Source: Alphaproteobacteria bacterium
GTDB lineage: Bacteria; Pseudomonadota; Alphaproteobacteria; CALKHQ01
Length of the DNA stretch: 64,000 nucleotides
Assembly (NCBI GenBank): GCA_965227515.1
Contig: CBDDFZ010000002.1
Location: forward strand, 1,120,001-1,184,000
Reading direction: 5' to 3'
Shown here one piece after another: positions 1-11,008 of this stretch. The notes beneath the pieces are model-generated. The model was not told the DNA's origin and ran no database searches. It was given only the letters and a program-made list of their open reading frames with translations. Position numbers and translations under genes: made by a program. Position 1 is the first letter of the stretch. Each line of letters starts with the position of its first letter.

Positions 1-1083
1 CGTGCGGGCGTGGTCGCGATGGGTCAGCGAGCGCTTGAGGCCGGCGGCGGCGGCGCTGGCGGCGGTGATGCCCGGCACAACGTCGACAGGGATGCCGGCC
101 GCTTCCAGTGCGTCGATCTCCTCGCTGGCGCGGCCGAACACCATCGGGTCGCCCGACTTCAGCCGCACGACGCGCAGCCCCTCCCGCGCAAGACCGATCA
201 TGGTGGCGACGATGTCGTTCTGGCGGCAGCTCGCCGCCCCGCCGCGCTTGCCGACCGCGATGCGCCGCGCCTCGCGCCGACCGAGCTCCAGCACCGAGCC
301 GTCCACCAGATCGTCGAACAGGATCACGTCGGCCGCCTGCAGGGCGCGCACCGCGCGCAGGGTCATGAGGTCGGCGGCGCCCGGTCCGGCGCCGACCAGG
401 GTGACGCGGCCCGCGGGCGTTTCGGTCTCCGTCAGATCCTGCTGCAGCACGGCGTCGGGGTCGGCAGGCACCGCCTCGAAGGCGCGGCGCGCAAAGCGGC
501 GCCAGAAGGTGCGGCGCGCCAGACCGTTCAGCCGTGCGCCGACCGTTGCGCGGATGCGCCCGGCCGCCTCGGCCCAGGCGGCAAGGCCGGCCGGCAGCAT
601 CGCCTCGATCCGGGCGCGGATTTCCTGGCCCAGCACCGGCGCCGTGCCGGCGGTCGAGATGCCGATCACCACCGGAGAGCGGTTTACGATGGACCCGATC
701 TCGAAGCTGCACAGATCGGGCTGGTCGATGACGTTCGCCGGCACGCCAATGGCCTTGGCGGCGGCAGCGAAGCGCGCGCCGTCGGCCTCCTCCAGGTCGG
801 CGATGGCGATGGCGCAGCCGGCGAGGTCGGCTTGCGCCCAGTCGCGGGCATGCACGCTGACCGCGCCGTCCGCCGACAAGGCCGCCATCGCCGGGTCGGC
901 CGATGTTGCGCAGACCGTCACCTCGGCCCCTGCGGCGGCCAGCAGTTCCGCCTTCCACGCCGCGGCGGCGCTGCCGCCGGCCACCAGGACGCGGCGGCCC
1001 TGCAGGTTCAAGAACACCGGCAGGCGCGACAGCGGCGCCAGCCGGGCGGGCCGGCGCTCAGCCGGCTTCCTTGAGACGGGCAT
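1..1083 (-). CDS. cysG: Siroheme synthase (3' end runs off the window)
   Basis: Not in the ORF track because there is no stop in the window. Manual translation from ATG at 1083 gives MPVSRKPAERRPARLAPLSRLPVFLNLQGRRVLVAGG, then NVIDQPDLCSFEIGSIVNRSPVVIGIST, VTLVGAGPGAADLMTLRA and VVRLKSGDPMVFGR. Follows nasA. Confidence 0.92.
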   Translation of the reverse strand, partial: MPVSRKPAERRPARLAPLSRLPVFLNLQGRRVLVAGGSAAAAWKAELLAAAGAEVTVCATSADPAMAALSADGAVSVHARDWAQADLAGCAIAIADLEEADGARFAAAAKAIGVPANVIDQPDLCSFEIGSIVNRSPVVIGISTAGTAPVLGQEIRARIEAMLPAGLAAWAEAAGRIRATVGARLNGLARRTFWRRFARRAFEAVPADPDAVLQQDLTETETPAGRVTLVGAGPGAADLMTLRAVRALQAADVILFDDLVDGSVLELGRREARRIAVGKRGGAASCRQNDIVATMIGLAREGLRVVRLKSGDPMVFGRASEEIDALEAAGIPVDVVPGITAASAAAAGLKRSLTHRDHART

Positions 1084-3739
1084 GGTCGATGATCCTCTGG
1101 ATTTCTGCGCGGCAGGAGCCGCAATTGGTGCCGGCGCGGCAAGCGGCGCCGACTTGCGCCACCGTGGTGCAGCCATCCTTGGTAACGGCGGCGGCGATGG
1201 CGTTGATGCCCACGTACTCGCAGGAGCAGATGATGGCGCCGGGGTCCTCACCGCCGCCGCCGGCACGGCCGGCAAGCAGCGTCTTGCGCCCGGTGGCGTC
1301 GATGGTGTCCGCTCCCAGCCAACGGCAGGCCCACTCCCGCGATACCGAGACCGGGCTGGCCGCGAGAAACAGAAGGGCATGGACACGACCGTCGCGCAGC
1401 ACTGCCAGCCGAGCGGTTCCCCCGTCCTTGTCGGCATATGCCAGGGTCTCGTCGCCAATCCGTGAGGGGCCGAACAGGCGTGCCGCCAGCGTGCCGACGT
1501 CGGGCGCAGAGCCGGTGCCGGCACATTCCAGCCGCCAGCCGCCGTCGGTCCGCGCGAGCGACCAGTAGTCGAGCCCCTGCGGTGTCGGCCGCGCCCGGCA
1601 AACGGCGAACCCGTACCAGCCGGCCTCGAAGCGGGTCAGCGACACCGGCGTCGCCTTGAATTCGGGCTGGCCGGACAACGGGTCGGTCGCGGCACCCACC
1701 ACGGCATCTATGCGCGCGGCGGCGGCAAGGCTGTCGTTCCAGTGCATCGGTACGAAGACGCGCCCGGGCCGCTGCCGGTCGCCGACCAGCACCCGCACCA
1801 CCGCGCGTCCATGCCGGCTGGAGACCACCGCCAGATCAGCGGGGCGGAGCTTGGTTCGCACCGCGTCCTCCGGGCAGATTTCGACGAACGGCTCAGCGAT
1901 ATGGCGCATCAGCCGCGCCGTCTTTGCGGTGCGGGTCATGGTGTGCCACTGGTCGCGCACCCGCCCGGTGTTCAGCACGAACGGCCGGTCGGCGTCGATA
2001 TCGACAGCGGGCGCGCGATATGCGGTCGGCACCATCCGCGCCTTGCCGTCGGGATGGTAGAAGCGGCCATCGGCGAAGAACCGGGTGCGCCCCGACTCCG
2101 CCGCCGGTGCCGGCCACAATACGGGGGCCAGGGCGTCATAGGCGCCGCGATCCAGGCCCGCCAGGGCACCGATCTCCAGGTCGCGGGTTCCGCTATTCTC
2201 CAACGCCGTCAATGCCGCGTGCTCACGGAAGATCGCGTCCGGCCCGTCGTAGGCAAAAGCCGCCCCGTGACCCAGCCGCTGGCCCAGCTCGGCGAGTGTC
2301 CACCAGTCCGGCCGCACCTCGCCCGGCGGGGCGAGAAACGCGCGCTGGCGGGAGATGCGCCGCTCCGAGTTGGTGACGGTGCCGTCCTTTTCGCCCCACG
2401 CGGCGGCCGGCAGCAGCACATGGGCCAGGCGGGCGGTGTCGGTGTCGGCGGTGACGTCCGCCACCGCGACGAACGGACAGGCGGCGAGGGCGGCGCGCAC
2501 CTTGTCGGCCTCCGGCAGGCTGACCACCGGGTTGGTCGCCATGATCAGGATCGCCTTGATCCGTCCGTCGGCGACGGCGTCGAACATCTCCACCGCCTTC
2601 AGCCCGGGCGTGTCGGCGATGGTGGGGGCGCGCCAGAAGCGCTGCACCCGGGCGCGGTCGTCGGGGTTCGCCAGCTCCATGTGGGCGGCGAGCTGGTTGG
2701 CGAGCCCACCGACCTCGCGCCCGCCCATGGCGTTCGGCTGCCCGGTCACCGAGAACGGGCCCATGCCGGGGCGGCCGATGCGCCCGGTCGCCAGATGACA
2801 ATTGAGGATGGCGCTGACCTTGGCGGTGCCCGAGGTCGACTGGTTCACGCCCTGGGAATAGACGGTGACCACCCGTTCGGTCGCCACGAACCAGTCGCAG
2901 AACCGGGCGATATCGGCCGGATCGAGGGCGGTGATGCCAGCCACGTCCCGAACGTCTCGGGCGGTCGCAAGCGCCTCACCCAGCCCCTCGACATGCGCCG
3001 CCGTGAAGGCTGTGTGCACCGCGCCACGGCGGTCGATCTCGGCCAGCAGGTGGGCGAACAGCGCGACATCGGACCCGGGCGCCAGCGCCAGGTGCAGGTC
3101 GGCGATCTCGCAAGTCGCGGTCTCGCGCGGGTCGATCACCACCACCCGCATGCCGGGCCGGGCGGCCTTGGCCGCCGCCAGCCGCTGGTAAAGCACCGGG
3201 TGGCACCAGGCCAGGTTGCTGCCGGCGAGTACGACCAGGTCGGCCAGTTCCAGGTCCTCATACAGGCCCGGCACGGTGTCGGCGCCGAACGCCCGCTTGT
3301 GGCCGGCCACCGAAGAGGCCATGCACAGGCGCGAGTTGGTGTCGATGTTGGCGGCGCCGATGAAGCCCTTCATCAGCTTGTTGGCGACGTAATAGTCCTC
3401 GGTCAGCAACTGTCCGGAGACGTAGAAGGCGACGCTTTCCGGTCCGTGCGCGGCGATGGCGTCGCGGAACGCGGCGGCGGTGCGGTCGAGTGCCGTATCC
3501 CATGTGGCCTGGGCGCCATCCACCACAGGATGCAGCAGCCGGTCCTCCAGGCTCAGGGTCTCGCCGAGCGCGGCCCCCTTCGAGCAGAGCCGGCCGAAAT
3601 TGGCCGGATGGTCGGGGTCGCCGGCGATCTCGACACCGCCATCGGGGCCGGGCGTCGCCAGCACGCCGCACCCGACACCGCAATAGGCGCAGGTGGTGCG
3701 CACCGTCGTCGGCGGCTTGTTGGCCGGTGGCCGGGTCAT
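1058..3739 (-). CDS. nasA: Assimilatory nitrate reductase catalytic subunit (Mo-bisPGD)
   Basis: N-terminal CAYCGVGC...C 4Fe-4S motif, NIDTNSRLCMASS, GQPNAMGGRE, and C-terminal BFD-like CSC...CGSC. Confidence 0.95.
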   Translation of the reverse strand: MTRPPANKPPTTVRTTCAYCGVGCGVLATPGPDGGVEIAGDPDHPANFGRLCSKGAALGETLSLEDRLLHPVVDGAQATWDTALDRTAAAFRDAIAAHGPESVAFYVSGQLLTEDYYVANKLMKGFIGAANIDTNSRLCMASSVAGHKRAFGADTVPGLYEDLELADLVVLAGSNLAWCHPVLYQRLAAAKAARPGMRVVVIDPRETATCEIADLHLALAPGSDVALFAHLLAEIDRRGAVHTAFTAAHVEGLGEALATARDVRDVAGITALDPADIARFCDWFVATERVVTVYSQGVNQSTSGTAKVSAILNCHLATGRIGRPGMGPFSVTGQPNAMGGREVGGLANQLAAHMELANPDDRARVQRFWRAPTIADTPGLKAVEMFDAVADGRIKAILIMATNPVVSLPEADKVRAALAACPFVAVADVTADTDTARLAHVLLPAAAWGEKDGTVTNSERRISRQRAFLAPPGEVRPDWWTLAELGQRLGHGAAFAYDGPDAIFREHAALTALENSGTRDLEIGALAGLDRGAYDALAPVLWPAPAAESGRTRFFADGRFYHPDGKARMVPTAYRAPAVDIDADRPFVLNTGRVRDQWHTMTRTAKTARLMRHIAEPFVEICPEDAVRTKLRPADLAVVSSRHGRAVVRVLVGDRQRPGRVFVPMHWNDSLAAAARIDAVVGAATDPLSGQPEFKATPVSLTRFEAGWYGFAVCRARPTPQGLDYWSLARTDGGWRLECAGTGSAPDVGTLAARLFGPSRIGDETLAYADKDGGTARLAVLRDGRVHALLFLAASPVSVSREWACRWLGADTIDATGRKTLLAGRAGGGGEDPGAIICSCEYVGINAIAAAVTKDGCTTVAQVGAACRAGTNCGSCRAEIQRIIDHARLKEAG

Positions 3740-4089
3740 CGCGTGCGCGCCGCCCAGGCCGCCAGGTCGCGGGAATCGATCTGAACCCGCGCGCCATGCA
3801 AGCGCACGTTCAGCGTCGGCACCGTGGCCTCGTCGGGACCCTGCACCCGGCCGTCGCCAAGTCCGATGACCCAGTTGTGCAACGGGCAGGTCACCAGGTC
3901 GCCATGGACGATGCCCTGGCTCAGCGGCCCGCCCTTGTGCGGGCAGCGATCCTCCAGCGCGAACACCTGGTCGTCGGCGGTGCGGAACAGGGCCAGGCAG
4001 CCGGCCGGGGTCTTCACCACCCGGGCACCCTGGGGCGGTATCTCGTCCAGCGCGCCGAGGTCGACCCAGTCATCGACAATCACGTTCAT
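3736..4089 (-). CDS. nirD: Nitrite reductase small subunit (Rieske-type)
   Basis: CPHKGGPL...CPLHNW motifs; 4-nt overlaps with nirB and nasA. Confidence 0.93.
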   Translation of the reverse strand: MNVIVDDWVDLGALDEIPPQGARVVKTPAGCLALFRTADDQVFALEDRCPHKGGPLSQGIVHGDLVTCPLHNWVIGLGDGRVQGPDEATVPTLNVRLHGARVQIDSRDLAAWAARTR

Positions 4090-6542
4090 GCCGGCACTCC
4101 TTCGCGTTCCCGCATCTCCAATTCGGCAATCGGCTTGAACTCGTGGGCGTCGCGGCCGGCGGCCCGCTCCGACCAGGGGTCGTGCTGGGAATAGCGCTGC
4201 GAGAGCACGAAGCGGTCATGGAGCGCGCGGCGGCGGTCGGCGTCCTCGACCACCAGCTCGCGGATCGCGTCCATGCCGACCCGGACCAGCCACTTGTAGA
4301 TGCGCTCCAGATAGTGGCCCTGCTCGCGGTAGAGCTGGACCAGGGCGGCGCAGTACTCGATCACCTCGTCCTCGGTGGCGACCTTGCACATCACCTCGGT
4401 CTCGCGGACGTGGAGGCCCGCCGCGCCGCCGATGTGGAGCTCGTAGCCGCTGTCGACGCAGACGACGCCGAAGTCCTTGCAGGTGGCCTCGGCGCAGTTC
4501 CTGGGGCAGCCCGACACGCCCATCTTGACCTTGGCCGGCGTCCACGAGCCCCAGAGGAACTTCTCCATCCGTACGCCAAGCCCGGTGGAGTCCTGGGTAC
4601 CGAAGCGGCACCAGTCGGTGCCGACGCACGTCTTCACGGTCCTGAGTGCCTTGCCGTAGGCGTGTCCGGAAACGAGGCCCGCCTTGCCCAGGTCGCCCCA
4701 GACCGCCGGCAGGTCCTCCTTGCGCACGCCCAACAAGTCGATGCGCTGGCCGCCGGTCACCTTCACGGTCGGGATCGCGAACTTGTCGACCACGTCGGCA
4801 ATGGCGCGCAACTCGTTGGCGGAGGTGACGCCGCCCCACATCCGCGGCACCACAGAGTATGTGCCGTCCTTCTGGATGTTGGCGTGCACCCGCTCGTTGA
4901 TGAAGCGCGACTGGCTGTCGTCGCGGTACTCGCCCGGCCATGTCGCCAGCAGGTAGTAGTTCAGCGCCGGCCGGCACTTGGCGCAGCCGCCCGATGTGGC
5001 CCACTCCAACTCGTGCATGACCGCCGGGATCGACTTCAGCTCCTTGGCGACGATCAGCCGGCGCACGTCGTCGTGGCCAAGCTCGGTGCAGCCGCAGACG
5101 GGTTCCACCGCCGCGGTCACGTAGCCATCGCCCAGCGCGACCGACAGCAGGCCCTCGACCAGGCTGGTGCAGGTGCCGCACGACGACGACGCCTTGGTGT
5201 GGGCGCGCACCTCGGCCAGCGTGGTCAGGCCCTTTTCGGCGATGGCGCCGGTGATGACGCCCTTGCAAACGCCGTTGCAGCCGCAGATCTCCGCATCATC
5301 CGGCAAGGCTGCAACGGCCGCCGTAGGGTCCAGCGGAACCCCTCCGGCGAAACTCTGACCGAAGATCAGGGTATCGCGCATCTCGGAGATGTCGGTGCCA
5401 CGGCGCAATTGGTCGAAGAACCAGGGTCCGTCGGCGGTGTCGCCATAGAGCACGACGCCGAGAATGCGGTCGTCCTGCAACACCAGCCGCTTGTAGATGC
5501 CCGCCGTGGCGTCGCGGAACACGATCTCCTCGCGGTCCGGCGCATCGGCAAAGTCGCCGGCCGAGTAGAGGTTGACGCCGGTGACCTTCAGCTTGGTGGC
5601 GGTGACCGCGCCGGCGAACGCGGCCTCGGTGTCACCGGTCAGGCGGCGGCCGATCACCTTGGCCATCTCATAGAGCGGCGCGACCAGCCCGTAACACATG
5701 CCGTCGTGCTCGACGCACTCACCGACGGCGTAGATGTCCGCGTCGGAGGTCTGCAGGCTGTCGTTGACGACGATGCCGCGATTGACCTCCAGCCCGGCCT
5801 CCTTGGCCAGCGCCGTGTTGGGGCGGATGCCGACCGCCATCACCACGATGTCGGCGGGGATCTCGGTCCCGTCTTCCAGGTGGACCGCCTCGACTTTGCC
5901 GTCGCCGACGATGGCCTGGGTGTTGGACTTGGTGAGGACGGCGATGCCACGCTCGGCAATCGCCTTTTCCAGCAGATAGCCGGCGGAGGGATCGAGCTGG
6001 CGCTCCATCAGCGTCGGCATCAGGTGCACCACGGTCACCTCCATGCCCCGCATGCGCAGGCCCGCCGCCGCCTCCAGGCCGAGCAGGCCGCCGCCGATCA
6101 CGACCGCTCGCCCGCCGCGGCCGGCCGCCTCCAGCATCGCCTCGACATCGTCCAGGTCGCGATAGGTCAGCACGCCCGGCAGGTCGTGGCCCGGCACCGG
6201 CACGATGAACGGATTGGAGCCGGTCGCGATCAGCAGCTTGTCGTAGGGGGCGACAGTGCCGTCCTGGCCGGTGACGGTCTTCGCGTCCCGGTCGATGGCG
6301 ACCACCGGGTTGCCGCGCAGCAGGGTGACCCCATGCTCGGCATACCAGTCATCGCCATGGATGATGATGTCCTCATAGGCCTTCTCGCCGGACAGCACGG
6401 GCGACAGCATGATGCGGTCGTAGTTCACGCGCGGCTCGGCGTTGAAGATGGTGACGTCGACGTCCGCGTCGCGGTCGAACAGGGTCTCCAGCACGCGCCC
6501 CGGCGCCATGCCGTTGCCGATGACAACGAGTTTCTGGGTCAT
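4086..6542 (-). CDS. nirB: NAD(P)H nitrite reductase large subunit
   Basis: Start reset to MTQKLVVIGNGMA. Has GGGLLGLE, two BFD domains, KTCVG...C and GCPRNC siroheme ligands. Confidence 0.95.
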   Translation of the reverse strand: MTQKLVVIGNGMAPGRVLETLFDRDADVDVTIFNAEPRVNYDRIMLSPVLSGEKAYEDIIIHGDDWYAEHGVTLLRGNPVVAIDRDAKTVTGQDGTVAPYDKLLIATGSNPFIVPVPGHDLPGVLTYRDLDDVEAMLEAAGRGGRAVVIGGGLLGLEAAAGLRMRGMEVTVVHLMPTLMERQLDPSAGYLLEKAIAERGIAVLTKSNTQAIVGDGKVEAVHLEDGTEIPADIVVMAVGIRPNTALAKEAGLEVNRGIVVNDSLQTSDADIYAVGECVEHDGMCYGLVAPLYEMAKVIGRRLTGDTEAAFAGAVTATKLKVTGVNLYSAGDFADAPDREEIVFRDATAGIYKRLVLQDDRILGVVLYGDTADGPWFFDQLRRGTDISEMRDTLIFGQSFAGGVPLDPTAAVAALPDDAEICGCNGVCKGVITGAIAEKGLTTLAEVRAHTKASSSCGTCTSLVEGLLSVALGDGYVTAAVEPVCGCTELGHDDVRRLIVAKELKSIPAVMHELEWATSGGCAKCRPALNYYLLATWPGEYRDDSQSRFINERVHANIQKDGTYSVVPRMWGGVTSANELRAIADVVDKFAIPTVKVTGGQRIDLLGVRKEDLPAVWGDLGKAGLVSGHAYGKALRTVKTCVGTDWCRFGTQDSTGLGVRMEKFLWGSWTPAKVKMGVSGCPRNCAEATCKDFGVVCVDSGYELHIGGAAGLHVRETEVMCKVATEDEVIEYCAALVQLYREQGHYLERIYKWLVRVGMDAIRELVVEDADRRRALHDRFVLSQRYSQHDPWSERAAGRDAHEFKPIAELEMREREGVPA

Positions 6543-6561
6543 CTCGCTGATCCTTTCCACG

Positions 6562-8322
6562 TCATGCCGCTTCAGCGGGCGCGGGCGTGGCCGCCTCGCC
6601 GGTCTCGGCAACCGCCGGCTTCGGCTTGGCGCCGCCCTCGTATTCCTCCAGGAAGTCCAGGAGTTCGTGGCGATAGGCGTAGTAGTCCGGGTGCTCCAGC
6701 AGCGCCTTGCGGGTGCGCGGGCGCGGCAGGTCGACCTCCATGATCTTGCCGATCTTGGCGTTGGGGCCGTTGGTCATCATCACCACCCGGTCGGCCAGCA
6801 GGATCGCCTCGTCGACGTCGTGGGTGACGCAGATGGCGGTGACCTTGGTGCGCCGCCACACCTCCATCAGCACTTCCTGCAGCTCCCAGCGGGTCAAGCT
6901 GTCGAGCATGCCGAACGGCTCGTCGAGGAGGAGGAGCTTGGGCGACAGCGCGAACGCGCGGGCGATGCCGACCCGCTGCTTCATGCCGTTGGACAGCGCG
7001 TGCGCCGGGCGGTGCATGGCGTCGGCCAGCCCCACCTGCTCCAGGTAGTATTCGACGATTTCGCGCCGCTCGGCGGGCTTGGCGGACGGATAGACCTTGT
7101 CCACGCCCAGCGCCACGTTCTCGCGCGCGGTCAGCCACGGCATCAGCGAGGGCGCCTGGAACACCACCGCGCGCTCCGGCCCGGCCGACTTCACCTCCTT
7201 GCCGTTGAGCACGATGCCGCCGGCGGAGATCTCGTTCAGCCCGGCAACCATCGACAGCACGGTCGACTTGCCGCAGCCGGAGTGGCCGATCAGCGAGACG
7301 AACTCGCCCTTCTTCATGTTGAGGTCGAAGCCGTCGACCACCGTCAAAGGCCCGTTCGGCGTCGGGTAGACCTTCTTGACGTCGAAGAACTCGACATAGC
7401 GCTCGACGATGGGGGAGGCCGCAGCTTCCTTGGCGGCCGCCGGAATCTCCGCGGCGCGAATCTCGTCCGCTTGCGTGATCGGGACGACGTTGGGCAGCAC
7501 GCGCGGGTCGGCGTCGTTCTCCGCGCCACGCTCCATGCCGACGTCCATCAGGTACTGGGTCACCGCGCCGCGCACCTGCTTGAACGCCGGGTCGTCGTTG
7601 ATCGCCGCCCGGTCGCGCGGGCGCGGCAGGTCGACCTTGAACTCCGGGCCGAGCACGGCGTTGGGACCGGGATTGAGCGGGATGATGCGGTCGGCGAGCA
7701 GGATTGCCTCGTCGACATCGTTGGTGATCATCACCACGGTCTTGCGCTCTTTCGCCCAGATCTCCTCGATCTCGGTTTGCAGCTTGGCGCGGGTCAGCGC
7801 GTCCAGGGCGGAGAGCGGCTCGTCCAGCAGCAGCAGTTCCGGGTTCATCGCCAGTGCGCGCGCCACCGCCACCCGCTGGCGCATCCCGCCGCTGAGTTCC
7901 GCCGGCCGCCGGCCCGTGGCATGGCTGAGGCCCACCATGTCGATGTAGCGGCGGGTGCGCGCCTGGCGCTCGGCCTTGCTCTCCTTGGCGAACACCGTGT
8001 CGACCGCCAGCGCCACATTGCCGTGCACGGTCAGCCACGGCATCAAGGAGTAGCTCTGGAACACCACGCCGCGCTCGGACGCCGGGCCCCGCACCGGCTG
8101 GCCCTTGAAATTGACGCTGCCGGCGGTCGGCGCCGCCAGCCCGGCGATGGTGTTGATCAGCGTCGTCTTGCCGGAGCCGGAGAAGCCGACGATGGCGATG
8201 AATTCGCCGTCCGCGACCTGCAAGTCGATGCCGCCCAGCACCGGCGTGGCCTTGTCGCCGGTGCCGTAGGTGACGCACACGTTCTTGAGTTCCAAGATTG
8301 GATTCTGTTCCACGAAGGACAT
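6562..8322 (-). CDS. Nitrate ABC transporter ATPase with two fused nucleotide-binding domains (NrtC/D-like)
   Basis: Two Walker A motifs (GFSGSGKT, GHSGCGKS) and two signatures (LSGGMRQR, LSNGMKQR). Confidence 0.9.
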   Translation of the reverse strand: MSFVEQNPILELKNVCVTYGTGDKATPVLGGIDLQVADGEFIAIVGFSGSGKTTLINTIAGLAAPTAGSVNFKGQPVRGPASERGVVFQSYSLMPWLTVHGNVALAVDTVFAKESKAERQARTRRYIDMVGLSHATGRRPAELSGGMRQRVAVARALAMNPELLLLDEPLSALDALTRAKLQTEIEEIWAKERKTVVMITNDVDEAILLADRIIPLNPGPNAVLGPEFKVDLPRPRDRAAINDDPAFKQVRGAVTQYLMDVGMERGAENDADPRVLPNVVPITQADEIRAAEIPAAAKEAAASPIVERYVEFFDVKKVYPTPNGPLTVVDGFDLNMKKGEFVSLIGHSGCGKSTVLSMVAGLNEISAGGIVLNGKEVKSAGPERAVVFQAPSLMPWLTARENVALGVDKVYPSAKPAERREIVEYYLEQVGLADAMHRPAHALSNGMKQRVGIARAFALSPKLLLLDEPFGMLDSLTRWELQEVLMEVWRRTKVTAICVTHDVDEAILLADRVVMMTNGPNAKIGKIMEVDLPRPRTRKALLEHPDYYAYRHELLDFLEEYEGGAKPKPAVAETGEAATPAPAEAA

Positions 8323-8338
8323 GGGTCGTGCTCCGGTC

Positions 8339-9427
8339 TCAGCGGGTGGCGGAGTAGGTGAGGGCGGACTGGAGCGCGTACATCAGCCGGTCGAGCAGGA
8401 AGCCGATCAGGCCGATGGTCAGCACCGCGACCATGATCTTGGCGAGCGACGAGGAACTGCCGTTCTGGAACTCGTCCCAGACGAACTTGCCCAAGCCCGG
8501 GTTCTGCGCCAGCATCTCGGCCGCGATCAGCACCATCCAGCCGACGCCGAGCGACAGCCGGAGCCCGGTGAAGATCAGCGGCAGGGCCGACGGCAGCACC
8601 AGCTTGGTGATGGTCTTCCAGGTCGGGAGCTGCAGCACCCGTCCGACGTTCATCAAATCCTTGTCGATGGACGCCACGCCGAGCGCTGTGTTGATCAGGG
8701 TCAGCCACAACGAGCACAGGGTGACGGTGATGGCCGAGGTCACCAGGCTCTTCGGGAACGCATCCGACGCGTCGACGTAGACCGCGGAGACCACCATGGT
8801 GACGATGGGCAGCCAGGCCAGCGGCGACACCGGCTTGAACACCTGGATGACCGGGTTCAAAGCGCCGTTGACCGTGCGCGACAGGCCGCAGAATACGCCC
8901 AGCGGCACGGCCAGCAGGGTGGCGAGTATGAAGCCCAGCGCCACGGTCTTCAGAGAGGTGACGATCTGGTCCAGATAGGTCGGACGGCCGGTGTAGTCGC
9001 GCCAGCGCACCCGGTCCTCGCGCCCTTCCGCGATCAGCTCGGCGTTGCGCCGTTCCTGCTCGACATAGAAGTCTTCCGCCTTCTGGCGCTCGGCCAGGTG
9101 GTCGTCCCACAGCACGCCGGCCTGCTCGGCCACCTCGGCGGGGCCGGGGATGGTGCCGAGAGAGGTTTCGACCTGCGGCGCGAAGATCGCCCACAGGGCC
9201 AGGAAAGCACCGATGCCCAGCAGCGGCACGCCGAGGCCGTGCCAGATCTCGCGCAGTTGCTGGCGCGGGTTCTCGCCGGCGGCCATGCGCACCAGCGGTG
9301 CGATGAAGCCGAGGCCGAACAGGCCCAAGGTGCCGGATGCCTTGTTGGCCATGCGGCCGATCTTCTGCCGCCGCTCCTCACGCCTGGTGTCGGCCGTGGT
9401 CTGCAGCGTGTCGTCAACAGTGGTCAT
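8339..9427 (-). CDS. Nitrate ABC transporter permease (NrtB-like)
   Basis: Hydrophobic protein with PVSPLAWLP and WMVLIAAEML...GLGKFVWDE. Confidence 0.9.
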   Translation of the reverse strand: MTTVDDTLQTTADTRREERRQKIGRMANKASGTLGLFGLGFIAPLVRMAAGENPRQQLREIWHGLGVPLLGIGAFLALWAIFAPQVETSLGTIPGPAEVAEQAGVLWDDHLAERQKAEDFYVEQERRNAELIAEGREDRVRWRDYTGRPTYLDQIVTSLKTVALGFILATLLAVPLGVFCGLSRTVNGALNPVIQVFKPVSPLAWLPIVTMVVSAVYVDASDAFPKSLVTSAITVTLCSLWLTLINTALGVASIDKDLMNVGRVLQLPTWKTITKLVLPSALPLIFTGLRLSLGVGWMVLIAAEMLAQNPGLGKFVWDEFQNGSSSSLAKIMVAVLTIGLIGFLLDRLMYALQSALTYSATR

Positions 9428-9523
9428 GGATTTCTAGCTCCGTCGCGGGCCAAAGGCGGGCGGATCGCGCCGGGCGAAGCTGGGCTCCGCCCGGCCGTTC
9501 GATGTCGATGAGAGCCGCCGGGG

Positions 9524-10948
9524 TCAGCCGCCAGGCACCACGTCGACGCCGTCGATCTGCTCGGTGCCGCGCAGGCCGATCTCCAGCGAGTCCAGGTATG
9601 CGTTGGGCTGGCGGCCGTCGTAGGCGAGGCCGTCGATGAAGGCGTCGGTGGGCTCGCGGAAGCCGTCGGTGTCCCAGGGGAAGTCGGCTTCGTCGGCCAG
9701 CCCTTCCTCGACCAGCAGGCGGGCCGCCTCCAGGTACACGTCCGGCAGGTAGACCTTCGCCGCGACGTCGAAGAACCACTGGTCGTCCTTGTACTCGGTG
9801 ATCTGGCCCCAGCGGCGCATCTGGGTCAGGTACCAGATCGCGTCGGAGTAGTAGGGATAGGTCGCGTAGTAGCGGAAGAAGGTATTGAAATCAGGCACTT
9901 CGCGGATATCGCCCTTCTCGTACTCGAAGGTGCCGGTCATGGAGTTGGCGATCACCGGGGCGTCGGCGCCGACATATTCGGGCCGGGCCAGGATCTCGAC
10001 CGCTTCCATCCGGTTGGCGTTGTCGTTCTCGTCCAGCCAGATGGCGGCGCGGATCAGCGCCTTCACGATCGCCAGCGTGGTGTTCGGGTTCTCCTCCACG
10101 AAGTCGGCGCGCAGCCCGAAGACCTTCTCCGGGTTGTTCTGCCATAGCTCGTAGTCGGTGATGACCGGCACGCCGATGCCCATGAACACCGCTTGCTGGT
10201 TCCATGGCTCGCCGACGCAGTAGCCGGAGATGGTGCCGGCCTCCATGGTCGCCGGCATTTGCGGCGGTGGCGTCACCGACAACAGCGCCTCGGCCAGGAT
10301 CTGGCCCGACACATCGTCTTCCGAGTAGTAGCCGGGGTGGATGCCGCCGGCGGCGAGCCAATAGCGCAGCTCGTAATTGTGGGTCGAGACCGGGAACACC
10401 ATGCCCATGTTGAACGGGCGGCCCTGGGCGGCGAACTCGTCGAGCACCGGGCGCAGGGCGGCGGCCGAGATCGGATGCACCGGCCGACCGTCGTCCTGTG
10501 ACGGGATGTGCGGGCGCATCAGTTCCCACACCTCGTTCGACACGGTGATGCCGTTGCCGTTCAGGTCCATCGAGAACGGGGTGACGATGTGGGCCTCGGT
10601 CCCGAAGCCGATGGTGGCAGCCAGCGGCTGGCCGGCCAGCATGTGGGCACCGTCCAGCTCGCCGGTGATCACCCGGTCCAGCAGCACCTTCCAGTTCGCC
10701 TGCGGCTCCAGGGTGACGTAGAGGCCCTCATCCCAGAAGTAGCCGAGCTCCTGGGCGACGGCGAGCGGCGCCATGTCGGTCAGCTTGATGAAGCCGAAGG
10801 TCAGCTCGTCGACTTCCAGGTCCAGCATCTCGGCACTGGCGGGGGTGGCCAGCAGGGCAGCGGCCAGAGTAGTGGCGGCCAGAGCAGTGGCGGCCACGCC
10901 GGCCCGACCGGCGCGGGCATTACGGTGCATCGGCACATACGCAGTCAT
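9524..10948 (-). CDS. Nitrate ABC transporter substrate-binding protein (NrtA/CmpA family)
   Basis: Ala-rich signal peptide, [36 protein letters not shown]; GAGGAG RBS. Confidence 0.9.
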   Translation of the reverse strand: MTAYVPMHRNARAGRAGVAATALAATTLAAALLATPASAEMLDLEVDELTFGFIKLTDMAPLAVAQELGYFWDEGLYVTLEPQANWKVLLDRVITGELDGAHMLAGQPLAATIGFGTEAHIVTPFSMDLNGNGITVSNEVWELMRPHIPSQDDGRPVHPISAAALRPVLDEFAAQGRPFNMGMVFPVSTHNYELRYWLAAGGIHPGYYSEDDVSGQILAEALLSVTPPPQMPATMEAGTISGYCVGEPWNQQAVFMGIGVPVITDYELWQNNPEKVFGLRADFVEENPNTTLAIVKALIRAAIWLDENDNANRMEAVEILARPEYVGADAPVIANSMTGTFEYEKGDIREVPDFNTFFRYYATYPYYSDAIWYLTQMRRWGQITEYKDDQWFFDVAAKVYLPDVYLEAARLLVEEGLADEADFPWDTDGFREPTDAFIDGLAYDGRQPNAYLDSLEIGLRGTEQIDGVDVVPGG

Positions 10949-11008
10949 CGCGTCTTATCTCCTCCTCGGCACAGACCGCGGGCGCATCGCTCCCGCGGGG
11001 CACGAACG

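Noticed and set aside
6562-8322. Double-NBD nitrate ATPase as a novelty
   Set aside because: Fused NrtC/D-type ATPases are already known in alphaproteobacterial nas clusters.
2-8361. Long plus-strand ORFs (2-1465, 1742-3784, 4143-6743, 6442-8361) and similar shadows elsewhere such as 39340-41607 and 51828-54191
   Set aside because: Antisense or alternate-frame shadows of real genes in high-GC DNA; no motifs, and composition mirrors the opposite strand.
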